Made by a program: the position numbers and the translations under genes
Shown: one piece after another, positions 56,602-64,000 of the stretch
Numbering within the stretch: the first letter of the stretch is position 1
Layout: every line of letters begins with the position of its first letter
The notes under the pieces: generated by a model
Seen by the model: only the letters and a program-made list of their open reading frames with translations
Told to the model about the DNA's origin: nothing
Database searches by the model: none
Assembly (NCBI GenBank): GCA_037139995.1
Contig: JBAXFI010000001.1
Span: 18,381 to 82,380, forward strand
Reading direction: 5' to 3'
Source of the DNA: Comamonadaceae bacterium
GTDB taxonomy: Bacteria; Pseudomonadota; Gammaproteobacteria; Burkholderiales; Burkholderiaceae_C
Length of the DNA: 64,000 nucleotides

Positions 56602-57464
56602 ACAGGCACTGCCACCGCTCGCATACCGTAACCGAGGAAAGCTGGCAAGAAACGTGTAAGCCCGGCATCGACTGCACCAATCCAGGGGTGTTGCGTGATC
56701 AACCATTCGGGCAACACGCTTTCTGCTTCAATCAGCGTCATCTCGAAGCCCGATGCCTGCAACTCCTCGCGCAGGCGCCGCACAGTGTAGAGGTGGTAAA
56801 AAAACTGGTGCCACTCACCACCGAGTCGTCGCCTGAACAGGATGTTTCCCGGCTCTGTCCGAACCCCATGGGCGCGACCGCGCCAGCGGTCCAACGCCGC
56901 GCCCATGAGTTCAAGCGGCCGCCTGCGCCATTGACTGGGCACCGTCAGCAACAGCTTTCCCCCGGGCTCCATCAGGGCTCTGAGTTGCCGCAAAGTCTCA
57001 AGCCGCGCGGAACGCGCGCCCACGTGACTGAGCACGCCAAACAGTAGCAGGATCAGGTCATAGTGGCCGCGGCCCTCCAGCGCACTGGCGGGCCCATGAA
57101 TCAAGCGGGTACGCGCACCCCATCTGGCCTGATCCAGGTGACTGCTGAATTCCGCCAAAGCTGCTTCAGAAATGTCGCATCCGGTCAGCAAGGCCGAAGT
57201 ACTCTGCAGCAACGCCAGCGCATAGCGACCATTGCCGCAGCCAAAATCAAGTATTTGTTGCGCCCCATCAGCGCCTTGGTCCATCAAGAAATCCAAGGTC
57301 GCCTGATTCGGTTGGGGATAGCGCCTTTCATAATCGTGACAGGCAAAGTAGTGGTCATAGAGCTGCTCCATGGCAGCGCTGACTTCGGCATCCGGGAGGG
57401 CACCACTGGGCAGTGCGGCACCGTGTGTGCCAGTCTGGCTAGGGAGTACTTTTGAAGTCATCAA
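56598..57464 (-). CDS. Class I SAM-dependent methyltransferase
   Basis: ILDFGCGNGRY motif I, GCDISE, YDLILLLFGVLSH, MEPGGKLLLTVP. Confidence 0.88.
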   Translation of the reverse strand: MMTSKVLPSQTGTHGAALPSGALPDAEVSAAMEQLYDHYFACHDYERRYPQPNQATLDFLMDQGADGAQQILDFGCGNGRYALALLQSTSALLTGCDISEAALAEFSSHLDQARWGARTRLIHGPASALEGRGHYDLILLLFGVLSHVGARSARLETLRQLRALMEPGGKLLLTVPSQWRRRPLELMGAALDRWRGRAHGVRTEPGNILFRRRLGGEWHQFFYHLYTVRRLREELQASGFEMTLIEAESVLPEWLITQHPWIGAVDAGLTRFLPAFLGYGMRAVAVPV

Positions 57465-57482
57465 ACAATCGTTGTGGCAAAT

Positions 57483-58382
57483 CTAGCGACATTCTAGGGG
57501 TGAGCGCTCCGTCAGTTCATCACCGCAAAACCACTTCCCGTTCTCTTTGCGTTGCCAACTGATCTGCTTTTCCTTGAGGTAGGCTGCCGGCGGCATCCCC
57601 CATTTTTTCTCGAGCTTCGTCAAGACTGCATCGCGATGCCAGCCCGTCACGAGGCGGGAGGTGATTTTTTCCAGCTGACCACCGCGCTCGCCAGGAGCCA
57701 GAGCGATCGACCACGGGACATGATAAAGCGATGTCAATGGCATCTCAAAATCTCGCGCCCAGTCCGGCTTCTGCAAGATGGAGACAATGGCAATATCGTC
57801 ATGCAGAAGTGCCGAGCAGCGCCCATCACGCAAGGCTGCAAACGACAGGTCGTTGCCATACAGGGCAATCACGTCCGCACCGTAAGTCACGGTGATCAGA
57901 CGGTTGTAGAACGCACCTCGGCGGCCGCAGACACGGCGATTTCGCAGGGCAGTCCACTCCTTGAAATGTTCGCTTTTTCGGGCCAGCAGGTTGACCCCCG
58001 AAGCATAGTAGTGTGGCTGCACCAAAGTCATGATCTGGCGACGCTCTGGCGTGTCCGACAGGGTGGCTATCAGCACATCCACTTTGCCGCCAAGCACTGC
58101 ATCAGTGCGTTCCGAGGTGAGCACGCCGACCAACTTGAGCTTGACGCCAAGGTGGTCAGCCAGCAGTTGCGCCAGGTCGGGTTCCAATCCCTTGATTTCA
58201 CCGTTGGACGGGTCCAGCAGTCCCCACAGGGGAACGTCTTTCTTGACACCAACAATCAATGTACCGCGGGCCTTGATCGCATCCAGCGCGTCGGCCCACG
58301 CGACTCGGGCGCAAGTGCCCAGCAGCAACAGGCCCAGCAACAGGCAAGCCGATTTATGGATGATGATCCTGAACTTGTTCAC
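57483..58382 (-). CDS. Substrate-binding protein, family 3 (polar amino acid type)
   Basis: Signal peptide; IKARGTLIVGVKKD, GLEPDLA, SDTPERR, PHYYASG; GTGA overlap with the phosphatase stop. Confidence 0.9.
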   Translation of the reverse strand: MNKFRIIIHKSACLLLGLLLLGTCARVAWADALDAIKARGTLIVGVKKDVPLWGLLDPSNGEIKGLEPDLAQLLADHLGVKLKLVGVLTSERTDAVLGGKVDVLIATLSDTPERRQIMTLVQPHYYASGVNLLARKSEHFKEWTALRNRRVCGRRGAFYNRLITVTYGADVIALYGNDLSFAALRDGRCSALLHDDIAIVSILQKPDWARDFEMPLTSLYHVPWSIALAPGERGGQLEKITSRLVTGWHRDAVLTKLEKKWGMPPAAYLKEKQISWQRKENGKWFCGDELTERSPLECR

Positions 58383-60460
58383 GAAATTTCAACCTTGCTC
58401 GCTGGTCCTTGGTCGGGCCCGACCCCTGGACGGTACAGCAATGCCACGCAGGTAATATCGTCCGACTGAGGCGCACCGGCGGCAAATCGGTCAACCGACC
58501 GAATGACATGATGAACCGCCTCTTGCACGTCGCTGGCGGCATGCTCACCAAACAGTGGCTGCAGGCGAGCCTCGGTAAATTCCTCGTTGTCGGGGTTAAA
58601 TGCCTCCGTTACCCCATCGGTGTAGATGACAAGGCAATCACCCGGTTCAAGCTGAACCATCTGCTGTTCAAACAATATGCCCTCGGCCACGCCCAAAGCA
58701 ATCCCATCCGTCAAGGGCAAGAATTCGGTACGTCCGTCAGCGTGAACCAGCAGCGGCGGCGGATGCCCGGCGTTGACATAAGAGAGCTGACCCCGGCCCG
58801 GATCCAGAACGGCATAAAAAACCGTGACGAACATGCAACTCTCGTTGTCCTGGCACAAGACATCATTCACGCTGGCGATGACCGAGCCCGGCGCGATCGC
58901 TTCTTGTGTCGCAGTCGCTCTGAGCAGAGTCTTGGAAACCATGCCGAACAGCGCCGCCGGCACCCCTTTGCCGCTAACATCGGCCACAACCATGCCGATC
59001 TTGCCACCCTCGAGTTGGAAATGGTCATAGAAGTCGCCGCCGACCTCCTTGGCCGAGCGCATCGCCCCCCAAAGTGAAAAATCGCTGTGACTCGGCCAAT
59101 GACGCGGCAGTATCGCCTGCTGCATTTTGGCCGCGATGTCGAGTTCCTGACGCAGTGATATCAGTTGCAAGGACTCGCGAAAGGCTTTGGAAATCGTGTC
59201 AAACCAGGGTTGCCACGGAAACGGAACTCTGGGCGCTGGTACCGGCCGAAACTCCGATTCTGCTGCCAGGTGCTGAACCAGCTTGGTCGCAGGCACCACG
59301 AACTCCCGGGCGGTCACTGCATACATCACGATGATCAGGGTTGTCAGGCCAAGAAACATGGCCAGCATGGCAGCGCCGCGCTCTTGCAGCAGCTTGTACC
59401 AGAGGGTCTGCGTCGGGACGCTATAAACCAGGGTCCAGGGAGCCGAGACAAAGCTGTGCTTGACCAATACATGCCCGGCTATTTCGACCGGCTGGTTGTC
59501 AGGCAGGTCCCGCAATTGCGGGCGTTCTGCCAGGACCTCGGCGGGCAAGAGTTCGGCAAGGGATTGCGTCGTTTGCAGTTCCAGGGCCATCTTGGCAAGA
59601 CTGGGATGCGCCAGCACGACGCCCTGTGCATCCACCAGCATCACGGTCCCCAGCTTGTAGCCAAAGTCCGCGTTGATGCGGTTCAGATAGTCCAGGCTGG
59701 TCTCGATCGCGACCACACCTCTGAACTGGTTATGGTTGTAGATCGGAACCCCCACTGGCACCAGCAGGCCTGTGTCTTTGCCGCCGAAGTGGACGGGTGC
59801 CCAGTATTTCTCTCGATTCGGGTTGCTTTCAGGCGTCCCCATGCGCCAGACAGGTCGCTCATAGCGGGCCATGTCAAATCTTCGCTTGGACGATTCCTGC
59901 CAGGGCGAAGTGATGTCAAAGTTTTCCACGGAAGTGAACGAGGCCTCGGCGGCGTTCGGCAAATTGAAGGCAATGGAGTGAAAGGCCTGGTTCAGCTCCA
60001 AGGCCATCCCAACATCCATGTAAAACGCCTGGCTGCGCCCTTGCAGGGAGCCGATTCCGGTCAGGTTGCCGCCAGAGTCACGGTCAGGAAGCACATCGAG
60101 ATCAAAAGCCGACGCGGATTCATTTTGACGCAGCATCTTGAACAGGCGTTTGCGGCCCAGAGCGTCCAGTTCCGCGGCCGGGGAAACTCGCTGGGGCTGA
60201 TCAAGATACTCACCGTGCGCGGCAGTGCGCAAAGATTCCAGGTAGTCCAGCGACGAGCGCAAAACGAACTCTATGAATTGGCTATGCCGTTCCACGTGCC
60301 CCACAATAATGGCCAATTCTTCTTTGCGCTTTTCGTTGATCTGATGCAGGAAAAATCCGAGCGTCAGCAAGACGATGGCCAGGAAGGCGACGCCGACAAC
60401 CCGGTTGTAGTTTCGAAAAAAGTTGACGGTTGCCCGAGGCGAGTTTTCGCTATCACTCAT
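58379..60460 (-). CDS. Membrane sensor PP2C/SpoIIE phosphatase (TM, Cache-like domain, TM, RsbU-like domain)
   Basis: VGGDFYD, VADVSGKGVPAAL, MFVT, NAGHPPP, YTDGVTEA, DDIT; two TM helices around a YWAPVHF..GLLV..PIY Cache-like region. Start is 60460 or 60478. Confidence 0.92.
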   Translation of the reverse strand: MSDSENSPRATVNFFRNYNRVVGVAFLAIVLLTLGFFLHQINEKRKEELAIIVGHVERHSQFIEFVLRSSLDYLESLRTAAHGEYLDQPQRVSPAAELDALGRKRLFKMLRQNESASAFDLDVLPDRDSGGNLTGIGSLQGRSQAFYMDVGMALELNQAFHSIAFNLPNAAEASFTSVENFDITSPWQESSKRRFDMARYERPVWRMGTPESNPNREKYWAPVHFGGKDTGLLVPVGVPIYNHNQFRGVVAIETSLDYLNRINADFGYKLGTVMLVDAQGVVLAHPSLAKMALELQTTQSLAELLPAEVLAERPQLRDLPDNQPVEIAGHVLVKHSFVSAPWTLVYSVPTQTLWYKLLQERGAAMLAMFLGLTTLIIVMYAVTAREFVVPATKLVQHLAAESEFRPVPAPRVPFPWQPWFDTISKAFRESLQLISLRQELDIAAKMQQAILPRHWPSHSDFSLWGAMRSAKEVGGDFYDHFQLEGGKIGMVVADVSGKGVPAALFGMVSKTLLRATATQEAIAPGSVIASVNDVLCQDNESCMFVTVFYAVLDPGRGQLSYVNAGHPPPLLVHADGRTEFLPLTDGIALGVAEGILFEQQMVQLEPGDCLVIYTDGVTEAFNPDNEEFTEARLQPLFGEHAASDVQEAVHHVIRSVDRFAAGAPQSDDITCVALLYRPGVGPDQGPASKVEIS

Positions 60461-60601
60461 CCTGAGTTCCAGAAACATATCCGATCAATGAGTTCATGGC
60501 TCTACCTCCCCAAGGTAGAGATTATGTGACGCCTTTAAGTTTCTTGCATCGAGTTGCTTGCACCATTTTCGACTTCTGTAGCGCCATCAACACGCCGTAC
60601 G

Positions 60602-61438
60602 CTACATGCCCCGGAACAGGCCGGCGTAGCTGCGACTGACTTCCAGCTTTTCCTTGTGGCCGCGTACGCTGACCAGTTGCCGGCCGCGCTCGTCCCGGCT
60701 GACGCCGGCAATCGCTTTCACATTGACCAGCGTAGAGCGGTGAATCTGCCAGAACAGGTTCATGTCGATCTCTTCCACCAGTTCCTTGATCGGCTTGCGA
60801 ATCAGCGCTTCCAGCGTGGCGGTCTGGACCCGGGTGTACTTTTCGTCCGAGATAAAGAACAGCACGTCTTCCACTGCAATCATCTGAATGGCCTGGCGCA
60901 CGGTGGCCTGAATCCACTGCAGCTTCGCCGGCGCCTGGGGGTTGATCTGGGCTGCCAGACGCTGCAGCAACTGATGCATGTCGGGCGTGTGCGCCGGCAG
61001 CGGCGCCACCTGTGCGTCGGTGTCGCCGCGTTCCTGCTGCGCACGCTCGCTCATGCGCTTTTTGATGCGCTCAGCGGTCAGGCGCAGGCGTTCTGCGTCT
61101 GCAGGCTTGAGCACATAGTCCACCACACCCTGCTCAAAAGCCTGCACCGCGTACTGGTCGTAGGCCGTGACAAACACGATCTCGCAACCGGGCCAGTCAC
61201 TGGCATCCTCGTAGGTGGGAAGCTGGGCAATCTGGCGTGCCGCATCGACCCCGGTGAGCACGGGCATGCGGATGTCCAGAAACACGACATCGGGATGCCT
61301 TTGTTCAGTCAGCGTCACCGCTTCCTGGCCGTTCCTGGCTTCGGCCACCACCTCAAGCTCGGGCCAGACCTCACGCAGCCGGGAGCGCAACTGCTCGCGC
61401 ATCAGGCGTTCATCGTCGGCAATCAGGGCAGTGGGCAT
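60602..61438 (-). CDS. LytTR family response regulator
   Basis: ALIADDE, FLDIRMP, FVTAYD, DYVLKP, FWQIHRSTLVN, LEVSRSY. Confidence 0.94.
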   Translation of the reverse strand: MPTALIADDERLMREQLRSRLREVWPELEVVAEARNGQEAVTLTEQRHPDVVFLDIRMPVLTGVDAARQIAQLPTYEDASDWPGCEIVFVTAYDQYAVQAFEQGVVDYVLKPADAERLRLTAERIKKRMSERAQQERGDTDAQVAPLPAHTPDMHQLLQRLAAQINPQAPAKLQWIQATVRQAIQMIAVEDVLFFISDEKYTRVQTATLEALIRKPIKELVEEIDMNLFWQIHRSTLVNVKAIAGVSRDERGRQLVSVRGHKEKLEVSRSYAGLFRGM

Positions 61439-61439
61439 C

Positions 61440-62825
61440 TCAGGTCTCCGGGTTGGCGCGTGACACATAGGGTACGGTGATGGTGACCGACGTGCCGCCC
61501 GTAGCGGGTTCAGTCAGCACCAGACTGGCCTTGTTGCCGTACAACAGCGCCAGCCGCTCCCGGATATTACTCAAACCGATCCCGGTGCCGGCGGTCGCCG
61601 ACTTGCCGAAGCCCAGACCGGTGTCAGCCACGGTGACGGCCAGGTTGCCGTGCACAATCTCGGCGCTGACCGTCAGCAGGCCACCATCGGCTTTGGGTTC
61701 GAGTCCGTGCTTGATGGCGTTTTCCACCAGGCTTTGCAGCATCATGGGCGGAAACTCGGCCGACAACAAGCCGTCGCTGACCCGCACCTCGGTCTGCAGG
61801 CGGTCTTCCATGCGCACCTTCAGGATCTCGAGGTAAGGGCGAATCATGGCCAGTTCACGACCCAGATCACGTGTACCCTGGGCATTGGCCTCACGCATGG
61901 TGGGCATGCTGGCGCGTAGCAGCGAAATCAGGTTTCGCTGCATCTTGCCGGCACGCGGCGGGTCGGTCTCGATCAGGTGCTCAATGCTGGCCAGGGTGTT
62001 GAACAGAAAGTGCGGCTCCACCTGCGCCTGCATGGCCGCCATGCGCGCCTCCACGACCTGGCGCTTCAGCGATTCGGACTCTGCCACCTCGGTCGCCTGC
62101 GCCGCCTTGGCTTCGGCCTGCACCTTGCCCTTGTAGCTGATCTTGATGATGATCGACAACAGGATGAACCACATTGTCAGCGGCATCAGGGGGTCGCCAT
62201 AGCGATGACTGATGACGCGCGGACGCCACTCGTCAGCGGCGGCTTCTGCCGCATCCGCCGCTTCCTGCTTCGCCTCTTCGAGCGCATCCATCATCTCGCG
62301 CCGCGCTTCGTCCACCGCTTCCTTGATCGCCTGCGCGTCAACCCCCGGGGGCAGTTTGATCGTCACGCCAGAGGCATCGGGAATCGCAGGCACAGGAGGC
62401 ACGGCCGGTGCCGATCCACTTGCTGACGCTGACATGGCAGGCAACTCGGCCGACGCGGGAGCAGCCGGTTTTGCTGTGCGGGTGTTGATGTGCACACCGC
62501 GCTCGTCAATCGAAATATCGACCCCATCGACCGGGCTCTTTGGATCCTTGCGAGGCTTGGGCGCATCCTTCTTCTTTGCCGGCGCTTTGCGAACCTCCGT
62601 GTTGGGCAAAATTTCGGTATAGGTCCAACTGAACGGCGGTATGTCGTGAAGAATGCCCATGGCGACCAGCAGCAGCAAGGACATGGCAAAAAAGCGCCAC
62701 CAGGAAATGCTGACCAGCCAACCAGCGTAGTCGTGGTAGGCCTTCAGAAAGCCGTTGTAGAAGCGTGTCCACAGACTGACCGGAGCCGACTGGATATTTG
62801 AGTTGATCATGTGGATGTCCTGCAT
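61440..62825 (-). CDS. LytS/YehU-type sensor histidine kinase
   Basis: AQVEPHFLFNTL, LQSLVENAIKHG, DTGLG, GIGLSNIRERL; two TM helices around a Pro/Ala-rich region. Start is 62825 or 62810. Confidence 0.93.
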   Translation of the reverse strand: MQDIHMINSNIQSAPVSLWTRFYNGFLKAYHDYAGWLVSISWWRFFAMSLLLLVAMGILHDIPPFSWTYTEILPNTEVRKAPAKKKDAPKPRKDPKSPVDGVDISIDERGVHINTRTAKPAAPASAELPAMSASASGSAPAVPPVPAIPDASGVTIKLPPGVDAQAIKEAVDEARREMMDALEEAKQEAADAAEAAADEWRPRVISHRYGDPLMPLTMWFILLSIIIKISYKGKVQAEAKAAQATEVAESESLKRQVVEARMAAMQAQVEPHFLFNTLASIEHLIETDPPRAGKMQRNLISLLRASMPTMREANAQGTRDLGRELAMIRPYLEILKVRMEDRLQTEVRVSDGLLSAEFPPMMLQSLVENAIKHGLEPKADGGLLTVSAEIVHGNLAVTVADTGLGFGKSATAGTGIGLSNIRERLALLYGNKASLVLTEPATGGTSVTITVPYVSRANPET

Positions 62826-62945
62826 TGGCGGAGCTTGAATAGCGCTACTGTACGCAAACCGATGCCGACACCGCCAGTTTCAGGCGACACACTGCACGGA
62901 CAAGGGACAGACTGCAGGAATTGAAGACAGACCGGGCCGGCAAGC

Positions 62946-63545
62946 TCAGGACAGTCCCAAAGCACAGTAGACACGAATGGCGGCGTAGGCGTCGTTGGCA
63001 GCATAGACCAGTTGCCCATCACTGAGCCGGGGTGCTGCCCAGTTGGAGGTAGCAGCCTTCTTCGACTTGATGAAGCGCTGATCGAACAGCACCGCCACCG
63101 CACCCTTCACGCCCATATCCTTGCGATAGCCACGCTCACGAAACACATGGTTGAGGTCCAGCACGTCGGCAGCCTGCACTCCAAGCTTGGACTGGATGCG
63201 TTTGCGATCATCCCCCAGACCAAAACCGGCTTTGGCAAAGCCCGGCAGGGCTAGCAATTGCGCCACCACCGCAGCACAGTCGGGATCGTGCAACTGAAAG
63301 ACCCAGGCTCGCTCCAGCGTAGACAGTTGCACGATGTGGGGCCCGTCGGAGACCTGCTCCTTGACAAAGGTCGGCTTCGATTCGGTATCAAAGCCCCAGA
63401 CCTTGCTGGCACACAGTTCGATCTGCGCCTCCTGTGCCTGCGCGGCCGTGCTGACCAGCACGACGCGGTCCAGACCAAGCCGGGCAAACTCGGGCAACAG
63501 GGCAATCTGCTCTTTGCCGGGGGTGGGATGTTGGATGTGCATCAA
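62946..63545 (-). CDS. DEDDy 3'-5' exonuclease domain protein (WRN/RNase D-like)
   Basis: GFDTESKP ExoI, TSNWAAPRLS, YAANDA ExoIII. Confidence 0.88.
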   Translation of the reverse strand: MMHIQHPTPGKEQIALLPEFARLGLDRVVLVSTAAQAQEAQIELCASKVWGFDTESKPTFVKEQVSDGPHIVQLSTLERAWVFQLHDPDCAAVVAQLLALPGFAKAGFGLGDDRKRIQSKLGVQAADVLDLNHVFRERGYRKDMGVKGAVAVLFDQRFIKSKKAATSNWAAPRLSDGQLVYAANDAYAAIRVYCALGLS

Positions 63546-63550
63546 ATCAA

Positions 63551-63850
63551 TCAGCCGCCGCCGCGCTGCGTGTACAGGTCAAATCGCTTCATAAACGCGT
63601 AGCGCTGGGTTTCATCAAGTCCGGCAAAGCGAAAGCTCACCAGAAAGCGCGGCATGCGGACCAAGCCTATCACACGGTCCTCGGCGACCTGCCACTTCAA
63701 TCCAAGCGCCCCATCGCCGATGCGCACGCCGGCCGAATGTTCCTGCAACTTCCAGTGATGCTCACCGATGGCAGCGGGCAACCAGCGCAGCCACTCGGCC
63801 TCGGTGCAAGCCATGTCGCGCTCGAAGCGCTCAGGGTAAAAGGATTGCAT
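63551..63850 (-). CDS. Hypothetical protein
   Basis: 99-aa ORF ending 5 nt before the exonuclease start, same strand; C-terminal FDLYTQRGGG. Confidence 0.7.
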   Translation of the reverse strand: MQSFYPERFERDMACTEAEWLRWLPAAIGEHHWKLQEHSAGVRIGDGALGLKWQVAEDRVIGLVRMPRFLVSFRFAGLDETQRYAFMKRFDLYTQRGGG

Positions 63851-63966
63851 TTGTCATTGCGGGCCAGGTTTTGTCATTGCGGGCCAGGCTTTGTCATTGC
63901 GGGCCACGACCCGCAATCCAGTATTGGCGTACCACTGGATCCCGGATCGAGTCCGGGATGACAAAC
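63851..63966. repeat. REP-like GTCAT...ATGAC palindromic element, copy 2
   Basis: Three TTGTCATTGCGGGCCA units (20-nt period), then CCCGCAATCCAGTATTGGCGTACCACTGGATCCCGGATCGAGTCCGGGATGACAAAC; core nearly identical to 23497-23570. Confidence 0.88.
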
Positions 63967-64000
63967 CGCCAACTCTGGGCTTGATAGGGGTCCGGCAAGA

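Overview
GC-rich betaproteobacterial chromosome segment, probably Comamonadaceae (an inference from protein style and gene order). Housekeeping genes (partial ftsK, trxB, rpmB-rpmG, rarA, crcB) are interleaved with metabolic blocks: the bkd branched-chain 2-oxoacid dehydrogenase operon; livHMGF followed by tartrate dehydrogenase, a Bug/TctC protein, glycerate kinase and a Crp/Fnr regulator; a xdh-ssnA-ygfK-like purine module with a two-ATPase ABC transporter; a 5-oxoprolinase/racemase/TRAP cluster; and a 1660-aa PFOR coupled to a single-chain Nfn/Sud-type flavoprotein. It also carries two c-di-GMP enzymes and a LytS/LytTR pair. The best candidate for an undescribed system is 52.5-60.5 kb. There, a Cache-PP2C phosphatase, an RsbW-type kinase and a STAS protein (a partner switch with no sigma factor nearby) flank a tightly coupled run of genes: two paralogous binding-protein domains, two amino-acid-ABC-type permease domains with no ATPase and no recognisable EAA coupling motif, a SAM methyltransferase and an MBL-fold hydrolase. 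Two families of short palindromic repeats and FNR-type boxes are visible. I saw no rRNA, tRNA, CRISPR array, integrase or transposase. All calls come from motif reading by eye, not database searches.
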